Below, in pieces: positions 27,976 through 41,670 of a DNA stretch of 64,000 nt; the first letter of the stretch is position 1, and each line of letters starts with the position of its first letter. The notes beneath the pieces are model-generated. The model was not told the DNA's origin. It did not search any database and saw only the letters and a program-made list of their open reading frames with translations. Both the position numbers and the translations under genes were made by a program. Where the stretch lies: assembly GCF_009914755.1 (NCBI RefSeq), contig NC_060940.1; one strand, 5' to 3'. Origin of the DNA: the human T2T-CHM13v2.0 reference genome, Homo sapiens.

Positions 27976-28239
27976 TCCTCTTCTTTTACTATTATTAAAA
28001 ATTATGATCATCATAATTCTCATTATTTTTACTCTCTTCCACCATTAGGAAGAATCAAATAAATGAACTCTTACTACTGATGTTCTTAGAACCTGTTAGC
28101 CAGTATGATGACAAATTAAGTCTTACATTAACTCTGAGAGTTAGAAACCTATCTTCATGAGGTATCTCTGAAGGGACCTCCAGCAATGCCTATGTGCCAC
28201 GTAACCTGTATTTTTAGCTACCAATTTAAAAATAAACCT

Positions 28240-28770
28240 GTGAGGTAGACTGCAAAAATGGCTACAGTACACTTGGGAGTTCCTTGTGTTGTGACTTTGC
28301 AATTCCCCCTCACCAATTAGACATGGAGTCTGTTTTCCCATCACTGGAAATCTGGAAATCTGGGCTGGACTGTGATTGCTGTGATGGTGGACATGATGGT
28401 GTGTCAGTTCTGAGCCTAGGTCTTGCACTTTTGGAGACTTGCCACTGCCATGTGAACAGAGTCAGGCTGGCTAGATGGATGATAAGAGACCTGGGATCCA
28501 GCTACCCCTGAAATCCCAGTGATAAGCTAGCCAACCATTCACTATGTGAATGAGGCCATGCTAGACCAGTCAGCAACCAGCCAACCTGCCAAACACATGA
28601 GCTGGCCCTGCTGAGCTCAGTCAAGCCTGGATCAGATAATTGGACCCCTCAGCTGACCTGGAGACAATGAACAATGATAAATGCTTATGGATTTAGGCTA
28701 CTATGTTTGAGAGTGTTCTGAGCAGCGTGATGAGCTACTGGTTGGTTATATAGCAATTGCTAACTGATAC
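28240..28770 (+). mobile_element. MLT1F/G-like MaLR LTR
   Basis: tgaggtagactgcaaaaatggcta...gtgaatgaggccatgctagacc...ttatatagcaattgctaactgatac. Confidence 0.72.
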
Positions 28771-28776
28771 TCTTGA

Positions 28777-29235
<459 letters not shown>

Positions 29236-30127
29236 TAGAGAACTAGAGTAACAGAAATAGAAACATAAAGCAACCTGTGACTCCACTTGAGTATCACTGG
29301 GACTAGGAGTTGTGTTTCCAGTCCCTTTGATCATGATTTTGTGCAGTTTTACTTCTATCACCTTAAAAAGAACTGCATGTAGCCCGGAAGTGTATTTAAG
29401 GGCACATTCCTCTCTGGCAGGATGACTTCCCAGGGCCCATAGTGGCCTGGTTGTCCTCCTGTACCCTTGAGTCAGGACATCCCTGAAGGCTACAGGCAGA
29501 AAGAGCTTGCAACGTCTTTCTCAGCTCATTCCCCTGGCTAGGACACCAAGTCAAAATAGTTGATGAAGAGCTGTCATCTCTTAAAATGGGAAACCTATTG
29601 ACTTGTTTTCTGAGACAGCAGCTGTGTTTGTAGCACTTGCAGTCACCACAGCCTATTCTGTACGGTCCTGGCCTTCACACTCAAATGTCAAGTCTCTATT
29701 TATTCAGAGTAAGTATCTCCAAGGGAATGGGAAGTTTTCCCTAGAGATGGCACTGAGTCACATGAAGTTGGGCACTTCCCAGATATAGTGATTCTCTTTT
29801 TCCTGTGGTCTCTTGAGATTGAGCATTTTTCCAACTAAGCGACAGATTATAAAATGAACTCTATGAGTTGGTCAGAAGGTGTGCAGTAGTGTTGCTCATA
29901 GGTACACCAAACTCATCCACCCCTTTTCAATGTTTCAGAGCACCTACCTGTGCCAGGTAGATGCGGAGATGAACATCATAGCCCTTACCATCAGAGCTCA
30001 CAGTTTAAAGTGGAGACAGATGGGTGTGTAATTTCAGCACCAAGTGATAAGTACTACAGTGTGTGTTTGCATATATGGTGATTAGAGAGATTGGGAAGGA
30101 GTCAGAACAACCCAAGATTGAACTTTA

Positions 30128-30380
30128 TAGCAGTGTAGCATGATGGTTGGGAATCTGGTTAGTCTAGGTTTAAACTCTGGCTCTGCCACTTGCTAGCTGT
30201 GTGACCCTGGGAAAATTACCTTACCTCTCTGAGCCTTGATTTGCTCATTTGGGAAATGAGAATAATGACAGCACTTATCTCCTAGGGTAATTGTAAGAAT
30301 TAACTCAATTAATATGTATATACTGCTTAAAATAGTACTGGTACAGAGTGAGGACTGGAAAAAATTATAAATGAAAAATA
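30128..30380 (+). mobile_element. MIR SINE
   Basis: ggctctgccacttgctagctgtgtgaccctggg...acctctctgagcc MIR core. Confidence 0.82.
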
Positions 30381-30519
30381 ATAAAACTTCATCTTGAAGC
30401 ATAAGCAGGAGGACAAGCATCAGGGCATTCTGGATAGAGGAGAGAGTTAGAAAGGTAGGTTCAAGGGCAGCCTGGAAAGGCTTTGAACATGACTATGAAG
30501 TATTTGCAATAATCTTAAG

Positions 30520-30695
30520 CAGTGATTCTCAAGCTGTAGCTTGTGTCAAATCCTCTTGAGGGTGCATTAAAACTGAGATTGCTGGACCCTATCCCCAGAG
30601 TTTCTGATTCAGCTGGTCTGGGCAGGGCCCAAGAATTTGCATTTCTAGCAATATTCTAGATAGTACTGATACAGTTGGTTATTCAGGGACCACAG
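30520..30695. mobile_element. MER5A hAT-Charlie MITE
   Basis: cagtgattctcaag...ccccagagtttctgattcagctggtctgggcagggcccaagaatttgcatttcta...gggaccaca. Confidence 0.85.
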
Positions 30696-30715
30696 TCTCT
30701 TGCCTCTAGTATGCT

Positions 30716-31033
30716 CTTTTTATTTTATGTTTTTTTGAGACAGAGTCACACTCTGTCACTCAGGCTGGAGCTCAGTGGTGACATCTTGGCTCACTGCAAC
30801 CTCCACCTACTTGGTTCAAGCAATCCTTCTACCTCAGCCCCTGAGTAGCTGGGATTGCAAGCATAGTTGGGATTGCAAGCGTGCGCTACCACACCAGGCT
30901 AATTTTTGTATTTTTAGTTGAAACAGGGTTTCACCACGTTGGCCAGCTGGTCTCGAACTTCTGACCTCAGGTGATCCGCCCACCTCGGCCTCCCAAAGTG
31001 TTGGATTACAGGCGTGAGCCACCACGTCCGGCC
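30716..31033 (-). mobile_element. AluS with an internal 18-bp tandem duplication
   Basis: Antisense Alu dimer; TSD tctagtatgctctt (30705) / tctagtatgttctt (31034). Confidence 0.93.
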
Positions 31034-31509
31034 TCTAGTATGTTCTTAATGGCTCAACTTCCCACCCCCATTTGGTGAACTTGATACTTGGTCCTTGTCT
31101 TCAGGTCTCTACTCAAACAGCATTTTCCCCAGGAAGGCATCTTTTCAGGTCTTCACCTCCTGATTGGATTAGGTACTCTTCCTGGACAGTCTCTTTTACA
31201 AAAATGTTTACATTTCCACCCTGTGTCAATCTCTACCTCCCAATATACATATATACTTTTCCCAGGGCAGGAAATAATCTGCTGATTCTTCCCCAGGCGC
31301 ACTCTCTGATATTAAGGCAGAATAGGCTGGGTAAGGGCCAAAGGAACCACACATGTTCTTGATAGGCCCAACTGCAGACCCCAGGCTGCTGCATGACAGC
31401 TCTGTCCACCTTCTTGCCTGCCTATGCCCAACATGTGCTTAAAACTTGCTTCTTCTACCTTTCCTGTCTAGCCAGGCCCAGCTCAAGCCACTCATTCATC
31501 GCACAATAA

Positions 31510-31660
31510 CTTGTATGGAGTTTTCTTTTGGGGTGATAAAAATGTTTTGGAGCTAGGTAGTGGTGGTAGTTGCAAAAAATTGTGAATGTGCTAATCGCCA
31601 CTGAATTTTTCACCTTACAATGGTTAATTTTATGTTGCATGACTTTTACCTCAGTTCAAA
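31510..31660 (+). mobile_element. L1MB-like 3' end fragment
   Basis: ttttggggtgataaaaatgttttggagctagg...gccactgaat...atggttaattttatgtt. Confidence 0.78.
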
Positions 31661-32119
31661 AGACCCACTCCCTAAAATGTGGAATATTTTAAAAAACCCC
31701 TAATTTTCATGAATTCATTCTTCCCCATCTCCCTAAAGCCAACCTCTATTTTAAAGACAATTTTTTGTCTTCTTGACACTGACCTCCAATAGGCTTCTTT
31801 GTTAGTGGCAAGAGCTGACGTGAAGACTTGATCATAGTAGTTGGATCCACTCTAGGACCTTCTCTGTGCACCGAGCCTGCTGTGTTCTCATCAGTGCATA
31901 GTCTTATTCTGTCCCAGGCATAGGCTCTCGCTGTTTGTTCTCTCATCCCTTCTGATAATCAGAAAGACTCATCCCTTCTGATAATTCAGTCCTCCCAGCT
32001 ACATTTTACCTTTTCAAAGCATTACTTTTGTACCAGTTTCTCTCACTTGAAGCTATTTTAATGCGTTAATCAGTGTTGGCAGTGAACTTGCTTTCTGTTT
32101 ACTTGGATTTTTGTCTGTT

Positions 32120-32252
32120 CTGCCAAGTCACCCTGGAATGCAAGCTCTGCGGCTATAAGGAACTTGCCTGTTGTATTCACTCCTGCATCCCCAGTGCCTG
32201 GAATGTAGCCTGGCACATAGTAGGTGCTAGAAAGTTCTTGGTGAATGAATGA
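32120..32252 (+). mobile_element. L2 3' end
   Basis: ccccagtgcctggaatgtagcctggcacatagtaggtgct...gaatgaatga. Confidence 0.78.
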
Positions 32253-32500
32253 CTGCAACAGATTCAGGAAGACATGCCAAAGTGGGAGGTGCTGGGCTAT
32301 TTGCAGGGCCAGAGTTTTCGTGCTATGCCTTGAACGCCAGAGTCCTGGAGAGTTGCAGGCTTTGGCAAAGTTCATGTTGCTTGATGTAAGCAGAGGTCTG
32401 CTTACTGAGGACCTTCATGCTGTTGTTTTTCCAACCACAGGATAAGTTGTCTCAGGGCATGTCCACATTTCTTCTCCTCTGGCATCTTTCTCACTCGGGT

Positions 32501-33058
32501 TGTGTAGTAAAGGATTAAACTTGCTGAAAGGAAGATTTAGTCCTTGCCCAGTTCCTGGGAGGTAACCAGTAAGCTCTTGGGATGTCCTTCCTGATATCAT
32601 GTCTTTGTTTATCTGGGGGTCTTGGTTCATTCCAGTTAGCTTATGATGATAATGTGATTTATGGGAGAGATCTTGGGCTACAAAGTGTCAGCTTGACTTC
32701 TGCAGGGGCTGGAGACTATGGTCAGCTACACAGCATGTCTACCCTATCTACGTGACTGACCTCCCATAAAAACACCAAGACTTGGGTGAGCTTTTCTGGT
32801 TGTCAAATACTCGGGTGTGTATTATCACACATCATTTCTGGGAGACATAGACACTGTCTGCACAACTCCCCTGGGACAATTGTCATGCCTCTTCTCTCCT
32901 GGACCCTTTCCCACGTGACTCTCTCCTTTGCTGATTTTAATCTGTATCCTTTTGCTGCAATAAACCATAACTGTGAGTATAATGAGTGTTCTGAGTTTTG
33001 TGAGTACTTCTAGTGAATCATTAAACCTGGGGATGATCTTGAGGACCCCCTAGCTACA
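32501..33058 (+). mobile_element. ERVL solo LTR, MER21C-like group
   Basis: tgtgtagtaaaggattaaacttg...ttgctgattttaatctgtatccttttgctgcaataaacc...gctaca; TSD cgggt/ctggt. Confidence 0.78.
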
Positions 33059-33249
33059 CTGGTTGGTACACAGTTGGTACCCAATAGATGTTGATTGAGT
33101 GCTTACGAAACTCAGTTCTTGAAGTCTTTCCTATGAGGCCTGGAAGAAAGAACAGTTGCTTAGTGTGTGGTTCCTCCTGTAGTCATGGACAAAGGGAACA
33201 ATTTCTACCAAAGGGGAGAAAATAATTTCTTTTTTTTTTTTTTTTACCC

Positions 33250-33712
33250 GGATAAATTCTTTAGTTGAGACACTTCCCTGAAAACAAAAGTCAGATTAAT
33301 AAGATAAACACCAGCAGAAGTTTATGGATGTGTGCTATACCCATCATTTGAGAGAGACCTCAGTTCAAAAGTATCTCTCTCAAGGCAGTAGCTTAGGGTC
33401 CTTGCTTAAATAGTATTTTAACAAAGGGCAATAAATCTTAGCATAGTGACAAGACAAAGGAGAGAGCAGTTCCAGTCTTTTAGAAGGCAGGGAAAACATG
33501 GAAAGGTAGTAAAATCTGTTCCCAGATTCCTCTGGTAATTGCTGGTGCCTTCCGTAGGGCAATAAGCAAGTGCTGTCTCCAGTAAGAAAGGATTTATGTC
33601 CTGTCATCAGGCAAATAAAAGCTGAGGCAATGTGTTCCCCTGCATTTTCAGTGTCTTTAATATAATAATCCTCAACATTTTTGGGAGAAACATTTTGGTT
33701 TTCTTTACTACA
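33250..33712 (-). mobile_element. Probable ERV1-type LTR remnant (MER31/MER67-like)
   Basis: acaaaagtcagattaataaga...ttttcagtgtctttaatataataatcctcaacatttttgggagaaacatttt resembles this group; family uncertain. Confidence 0.45.
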
Positions 33713-34044
33713 AAGCAGCCAGAATCTTTGGAGGGCCCACCCATGGTCTCTTCCACCTCTGTAATGTCCTGACTGAGGTGCTTACAAGGCTCAAGAGAAA
33801 TTACTCAGAGTTCCTTGGGTTTTTGCATAGATAAACATAAAGGTCTTTCTGTAATGTTCACTCCAGGGACACCTCTGAAGACTGTTTGTTGCACATAAGT
33901 TACAAAGTCAGTACGTTGGTCCTTGAGGGGTGGTCAGTGGGCTGCTATGCTAGTTCAGGGAACAAGATATGACCTGAAAGAACTCTTTAACATTCTTGAA
34001 AGTCTTAACTTTTCAGTGTATGGGGATGGATTTATATTGATCTA

Positions 34045-37000
34045 TTGTGTATATATGCCATATTTTCTTATTGGTCCACCTGTTGATGGACACTTAGATT
34101 GGCTCTATATTTTGGCTATGGTGAATAGTGCTGTAGTGCACATGCAAGTGCAGATATTTCTTCAACATACAGATTTTCTTTCCTTTGGTTGTATACCCAG
34201 TAGTGGAATCGCTGGGTCATATGGTAGTTCTATTTTTAAATTTTTGAGGAAACGCCATACTATTTTCCATAATGACTATACTACATTACATTTCCACCAA
34301 CAGTGGAAAAGGCAAGTTCCTTTTCTCCACATCCTTGTCAGATTTGTTATTTTTTTGTCTTTTTGATAATAGCCATTCTAACTGGAGTGAGATGATATTT
34401 CATTGTAGCTTTGATTTGCATTTTCCTGGTGATCAATGATGTTCAGCATTTTTCAATATGCTATTGGCTATTTCTATGTATTTTTTGAGAAATATCTATC
34501 TGCGTAGATAGATATTTAAATTGCCCATTTAAAAATCTGGTTATTATTGTTATTTGCTGTTGAGTTACTTTAGTATCTTGTATAATCTGGATATTAATCC
34601 CTTGTTGAATGATCAGCTTGCAGATATTTTTTCCTCTTCTTCAGGTTGTCTCTTTACCCTGTTGATTGTTTCCTTTGCTGTACAGAAGCTTTTTATTTTG
34701 ATATAATCCCACTTACCTATTTTTGCTTTTGTTGCCTCAGCTTTTGAGGTCTTATCTATGAAATCTTCATCCAGATGAATGTTCTGAGGCATTTCTTCTA
34801 TGTTTTCTTCTAGTAGTTTCGTAGTTTCAGGTCATACATTTAAATCTTTAATCCATTTGTGTTGATTTTTTTATATGGTGAGAGATAGGGGTCTGGCTTT
34901 ATTCTTCTGTATATGGATATCCGGTTTTCCCAGCACCATTCATTGAAGAGACAGTCTTTTCCTCAATGTATGTTCTTGATGCTTTTGTCAAAAGTCAGTT
35001 GGCTGTAAATAAATGGATTTATTTCTAGGCTCTCTATTCTGTTCCATTGGTCTATTTAGAGCCATAGTAGTATTATGCCTCCAGGTTTGTTCTTTTTGCT
35101 CAGGGTTGCTTTGGCTATTTGGGGTCTTGTGTGGTTTCATACAAATTTTAGGATTTTTCTATTTCTGTGAAGATTGACATTGTTTATTTGATGGGGATTG
35201 CACTGAATCTGTAGATCACTTTGGATAGCATGGTCATTTTCATATTATTTCTTTCAATCTATGAACATGAGATGTCTTTCCATTTTTATATCCTCTTCAA
35301 TCTCTTTCATCATTGTTTTATAGTTTTTATTGTAGAATCTTTCACCTCCTTGGTTATTGTGTATATATGCCATTTTTGGTAGCTGTTGTAAATGGATTGT
35401 TTTCTTGATTTCTTTATTAGCTAGTTGTTGGTGTATAGAAATACGACTGATTTTTCTATGTTGATTTTGTATCCTGTAACTTTGCTGAATTTTTTGATCA
35501 GTTCCAAGATTTTTTGGTGGAGTCTTTAGGGTTTTCTGTATATAAAATCATTTTGTCTGCAAACAGACAATTTGATTTCTTCCTTTTCAATTTGTATGCG
35601 CTTTATTTCTTTCTCTTGCCTAATTTCTCAGGCTAAGACTTCCAGTAATATGTTGACTAAGAGTGATGAAAATGGGCATCTTTGTCTTGTTCCAGTTCTT
35701 ATGATGCTGGATCTGGGTTTGTCTTAGATGCTCTTTATTGTGTTGAGGTGCCTTCCTTTTAAACCTAATTTGTTGAAAGATTTTATTTTTTTTAATCATG
35801 AAAGGATGCTGAGTTTTAACAGTGCTTTTCTGCAGCTATCGAGATGATCATATGGTTTTTGCTCTTCATTCTGTTGGTGTGATGATTTATATTTTCTGAT
35901 TTGTATGTATTGAATCATCCTTGCATCCCTAGGATGAATCCCACTTGATCATGCTGTGTAAGCTTTTTGATGTGCTGTTGGACTTGGTTTGCTAGTATTT
36001 TGTTGAGGATTTTTGCATTTATATTTAATAAGGCTATTGGCCTGTAGTTTTCTTTTTGTTGTGTCCTTGCCTGGTTTTGACATCAGGGTAATGACAGCCT
36101 CATAGAATGAGTATGGAAGAATTCCCTCCCCTTTAATTTCCTGGAATAGTTTGAGAATTGGTGTCAGTTCTCTAAATGTTTGGTAGAATTCAGCAGTAAA
36201 GCTCATTAGTCCTGGGCTTTTCTTTGTTGGGAGACTTTATTACTAATTCAATCTCATTACTTGTTATGGCTTTGTCCAGGTTTTCTATTTCTTTCTGGAT
36301 TAATCTTAGTAGATTTCATGTGTCTAGGAATATATCCAGTTTCTCTAGGTTTTCCAATTTGTGGGCATGTAGTTGTTCACAATAGTCTCTAATGATCCTT
36401 TGTATTTCTGTGGCACTATTTTTAATGGCTTATTTTTCATTTCTGATTTTTTTTATTTGGGTCTTCTCTCTCTTTTTTCTTAGTCTAACAAATGGCTTGT
36501 TGATTTTTGTTTTTTCAGATAAAAGAAGTTTCATTTTGTTGGTCTTTTGCATTTTTTAGTCTCAATTTCACTTACTTCTGTTCTGATCTTTATTATTTAT
36601 TTCCTCCTACCAATTTGGGTTTGGCTTTTCTTGCTTTTCCAGTTCCTTGAGATGACTCATTAGGTTGTTTATTTGAAATCTTTCTACTTTATTGATATAG
36701 GCATTTATTGCTATAAACTACTCCCTTAGTACTGGTTTTGCTGTATCTCATAGGTTTTATTTTGTTGTGTCTCTATTTTCATTTGTTTGAAGACATTTGA
36801 AATTTTTTTTTGTTGACCCATTGGTCATTTAGGAGCATGTTATTTATTTGATATATGTGTACAATTTCCAAAGTTCCTCTTGTTACTAATTTCTATTTTT
36901 GTTCCACTGTGGTCTCTCCCTTTACATCTAATAATATTGGCTTTATATATGCATGTGCTCTGGATGGCGTGCCTGTGTGTTTACAATATCCTCTTGCTAA

Positions 37001-39110
37001 ACTGATCCCTATATCAATATATAACAACTTTCTTTGTCTCTTTTTAGAGTTTTTGACTTAAAGTCTATTTTATCTGATATAAATGTAGCGGTTCCTGCTT
37101 GTTTTTGGTTTCCATTTGTGTTAAATGTTTTTCCATCCCTTTCCTTTCATTGTGTGTGTCTTTACAGGTGAAGTGAATTTCTTGTAGGCCGCATATTGTT
37201 GAATTTTTTTTCTCCATTTAGCCCGTATATATATTTTAATTGGATAATTTAATTCATTTACATTCAAGGTTATTATTGATAGGTGAAGACTTACTCCTGT
37301 CATTTTGTTAATTGTTTTCTGGTTGTTTTGTATATCTTCTGTTACTTTCCTCCTCTCGTATTGTTTTCTTTTGTACTTTGGAGAGTTTTTTAGTGATAAG
37401 ATTTGATTACTTTCTCTTTCTTATTTGTATATATAGTTTATCAGTGAGTTTTATACTTTTACATGTTTTTATGATGGTAGTTATCATCCCTTCACTTCCA
37501 GATGTAGGACTCCCTTGTGCATTTCTTATAAGGTTGGTCTAGTGATAATAAATTCCCTCTGTTTTTGCTCATTTAGGAAAGTCTTTATTTCTCTTTCATT
37601 TCTGATGGCTAGTTTTGCTGGGTATAGTATTCTTATCTGATAGTTTTTTTTTTTTCCTTTTAACATTTTGGATATATTGTTTCATTCTCTTCTGGCCTGT
37701 AAGATTATCTGCTGATAAATCTGCGGTTAGTCGAATGGGGACTTTGCTTATATGTGACTTGATGCTTTTCTCTTTCTACTTTTAGAATTATCTCTTCATC
37801 TTTGACTTTTGAAAGTTTGTCTATAACATACCCTGGAGAGAATTTTTTTGGGTCAAATCTATTTAGGAGTCATTAAGCCTCTTGATTCTGGATTTTACAT
37901 TTCTCCCAAGGTTTGGGAAATTTTCAGCTATTATTTCACTAAATAAGCTTTTTATTTTTATTTTTTTTGAGACAATGTCTTATTTTGTTGCCCAGGCTGG
38001 AGTGCGGTGGTACAGTTGTAGCTCACTGAAGCCTTGACCTTCTGGGCTCAAGCAGTTCTCCCACCCCATTCTCCTGAGCAGTTGAGACTACCAGTTCATG
38101 CCGCCATACCTGACTGAGTTTTTGTAGAGATGAGGTCTCACTATGTTGCCCAGGCTGGCCTTGAACTCCTGAGCTCAAGTAATCCTCCCATCTTGACCTC
38201 CCAGATTGCTGGGGTTACAGGTGTGAGTCATTGCACCAGCCTAAATAGGGTTCTTATACCTTATCTTGTTTCTTCTCCTTCTAGAATTCCCACAACACAA
38301 ATATTTGTTTGCTTCTTGGTGTCCTATAGGTCCCATAGGCTTTCTTTATTCTTTTTTATTTTTTTTTTTCCTTCCTGGGTTAATTCCAAAGATCTGTCTT
38401 CTAGAAAATCTTTCCTTTGCTCAATCTAGTATATTGTTGATGCTTTCAATTGCCTATTTTATTTTGTCATTAAGTTATTCAGGCTCAAGGTTTATGTTTG
38501 TCTTTTTGTTATGATACCATGTTTTTTGAATTTCTCATTCAGATCCTGAATTGCTTTCCTACTTTCATTGAATTGTCTATCTATATTCTCTTGTACCTCA
38601 CTGCATTTCCTATAGGTAATTATCTTGAATTCTTTTCCAGGCATTCTATAGATTTTCTTTTCTTTGGAGTCTGTTATTGGATAATATTGTGTTCTTTTGG
38701 AGCTGTCATGTGTCCTTGCTTTTAAATGTTTCTTGTGTCCCTATTTTGACATTTGTATATCTGGTAGAACAGTTACCTCTTCCAAATTTATGGAGTATTT
38801 GTCATAGGTAGATGTGGCCTATAGTGTCAATTGGGTAGGATGCTTCACCTTTTGTTCTTGGTGGACACAGGAGTGTAGTCTTCATGTGATTTCTTTGACT
38901 TTAATCAAATCAGTGACATATTTGAGTTCCTCAGTGATGTAGACTGTGGGCATTTATGGAGGTAGTGGCACAGTTTTGCTAGGCATTTGGTTAACTGGTC
39001 CTCAGTCCTTGGAGAAGTGTATGCTCTGCCAATTGTATGGGTGGGGTTACCATGGGTGGTAGTACGTAGCAGGCTTGTCCTTGGTCCCTTGGGGAGAGCA
39101 AGTGCATGCA
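34045..39110 (-). mobile_element. Old L1 (L1MA/L1M-like), ~5 kb, heavily decayed with internal deletions
   Basis: Continuous antisense L1-like sequence; ORF fragments [16 protein letters not shown] (35949-36206) and MTGVSLHLSIITLNVNELNYPIK (37121-37303). Confidence 0.9.
37949..38241 (-). mobile_element. AluJ inserted in the old L1
   Basis: gagacaatgtcttattttgttgcccaggctggagtgcggtgg...gagatgaggtctcactatgttgcccaggc; flanks taaataagc/taaataggg. Confidence 0.9.
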
Positions 39111-39185
39111 TCATAAATTTATGTTTATTATAAATTACCCAGTCTGTGATACTCTGTTATAGATGCATAAAACTGACTAAGAGAA

Positions 39186-39395
39186 AGGGTCAGCAAACTT
39201 TTTGTAAAGAACCAGATAGTAAATATTTTTTACTTCATGGAACATAAAATCTGTGTTTAAATGATCTAGCTCTGCCATTGTAGCATGAATGCAGAGATCA
39301 TTTGTAAACAAATGGGCATGATGCTGTTCCAGTAAAATTTTATTAATAAAAATAGGCAGCAGGACAGATCTGGCCCATGGGCTGTAGTTTTCCAG
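39186..39395. mobile_element. MER58A hAT-Charlie MITE, preceded by an MST/MLT1 3' end fragment (~39115-39182)
   Basis: gggtcagcaaactttttgtaaagaaccagatagtaaatattt...ggcccatgggctgtagttt. Confidence 0.82.
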
Positions 39396-40515
39396 TACTT
39401 TCCCTCCATTATGTCCTCAAGTATCTTCTGCCAACTAATAACAGACTCTGTGCCTCTTTAATGAGATTCCCAATGGAGGAACACACTGGCTCAACTCAAT
39501 CTATGAAGGACTATTCTTGGATCAGGTAGCATCTTCAGCCCTTTAGCTGTGACTAAAAGGTGATGGGATCATACTCTATAAACAAGGTCAATTGGCCCAG
39601 AAGCAGGGAATGCAAATATATTATTATATATGTCTGTTATTTCCACAAACATTTGTATTCAGTTCCATTTGATTTCTTGAGGTTATATGGAAATCTGGGT
39701 CATGAATGAATTCAGCTAATTCTGTAACCTCATCATTTTTCAAGCATCTATTGATAATGAGTGTGCTCAGATGCTGGAAATATAAGCAGCTGAGAGAACC
39801 TCAGGTTACACTTTTGGTCTCAGAGGCGGTGAACTAACAGCACTCATTCATTCATTTATTCAGTAAGTTGTTATTACGTAGAGTGTTGGATCATGTATTC
39901 CTCTAAAACCTGGATTCCTTCTGTGGGATGTGAAATTGTATCCTGTTGGCCTGTTTTTGCAGAATGACCATGTCATTTAGCAAGGTATAAGGGTAAAGTA
40001 TCACTTAGTCCCAGGTGGGTCCCTAACTTGCCTGAATATTGAAGTATAAACTCTGGGAAAGATTCTAGAAAACATTAGAGAGGGAAACAACAGCTCATGG
40101 TCTTACCATATCCCTTCAGAAAGAGGCTTGTTGAGTGTAGTTTTAACATACTATTCAGGAAATTTGTAGGAATATTAAAGCCTGCCTTCTAAGCTTTATG
40201 AATCTCAAGCCCAGTACAAAATATTTCTTTAATCATTCAACTCTGAGCCAGTTACAGAGGACATATGTGGCAGGTCACATATCTCATGAGTAACAGTACT
40301 GTGAAACCCTCACCCTATTCCTCACTATTCCCCAACAGGTGGGATCACAACCAAGAAATCAGCATCTAATATCTTCAGCATATTATATTCAAGGAGCTTT
40401 TATGTTACCTGTCCTTTCTGCCATTTGTGGTTGGAAATAGCTGGGCTAAAATAAGTTGGATTGGCTACTGGTGAATAATAGGTCAGACAATCCTAGGAGC
40501 AAAGGTGTCCATTTT

Positions 40516-40684
40516 GTTTTTTTTTTCATATGAGATCTCACTATGTTGCCCAGACTGGAGTGCAGTAGCTATTCACGGGTGCAGTCACAGCTCACTACAG
40601 CCTTGAATTCCTGGGCTCAAATGATCCCCTGCCTTAGCCTTCCAAGTAGCTGAGACTATGGGGATGTGTCTCTATGCCCAGTTT
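40516..40684 (-). mobile_element. FAM-like fossil Alu monomer
   Basis: Monomer retaining the 7SL-type segment gagtgcagtagctattcacgggtgc; TSD ggtgtccatttt/ggtgccatttt. Confidence 0.75.
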
Positions 40685-40989
40685 GGTGCCATTTTTACCT
40701 CACTGGATATCAAGAGACAGATGAAGCCAACATTGAAGTATGCTGTGTTTCACCTTTTTGTGGTATTTGATGCAGCTGGAAGTATCAGCTTTTGGCAAGT
40801 CTTAAGTCAGCCTGACTGTCAATGAGCTGGGCATCGGGATTGTGCTATCCATCTACAAGTATTCACTGAACACCCATCACTAATATAGTCTAGGTAGGTT
40901 AAATTAGCACAACTTTGTTTAAAATCTGTTTTTTATAGAACATACATGTGTGCAGGGCTGCTCCTTTTAAAATTCATTCAACAAAGACC

Positions 40990-41670
40990 TTGTCCATGCT
41001 ATCGTACCCTCTTGACTGGATGGCTGTAAAAACTCAACAGATCTCTGATTCTATTCTCTCCCCTTACTCCCTTCAGTTTGTTCTATACGCAACAGCCAGA
41101 GAGACTTAGAACAGATCAAGTCACCCCCTGCTTAAAATCCTCCAATGTCTTTTCTCAGAAAAAAATAAACTCAGCATTGCTATGAAACCTACATGACCTG
41201 GTTCCTACTTTTCTTTTTGACACCATTTGCTCAGTTTCCCTTCAGGGACTACGTGTAATTACATAGAATTCTTGTCCATCTTCCAGTTTGCCAAGCTGCA
41301 GATCTTTTCACTTGCTGCACTCTCTGTCTGAGGTATTTTCTCCCTCATGTCTACACACCCTTCATTCAGGTCTCAACTAAAGTGTCATTACCTTAGAGAC
41401 CCTTTTCATGACTACTCTGTCCAAAATAGCTCCTGCCTTCCCACCATTGTCCTTATATCAACCCTTTTAAAAAATTGTACAGTAGTCATCACGACTTGAA
41501 ATCTTACTACAGTCTTGTTTGTTTCCTTGTATATCATCTGTCTCCATCTCTCAAACATAAACTCCACAAAAGCAGAGGCTTCACCTCTCCTGTTTGCCAC
41601 TGCAGCTGTAGCACCTTGAATAGGGCCAGGATTATAGAAGGCTATTGGATAGCTATTGAATGGATAAGTG
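40990..41670 (+). mobile_element. L2 3' region
   Basis: cccctgcttaaaatcctccaatg...cattcaggtctcaactaaagtgtcattacc...ctattgaatggataagtgaa. Confidence 0.75.
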
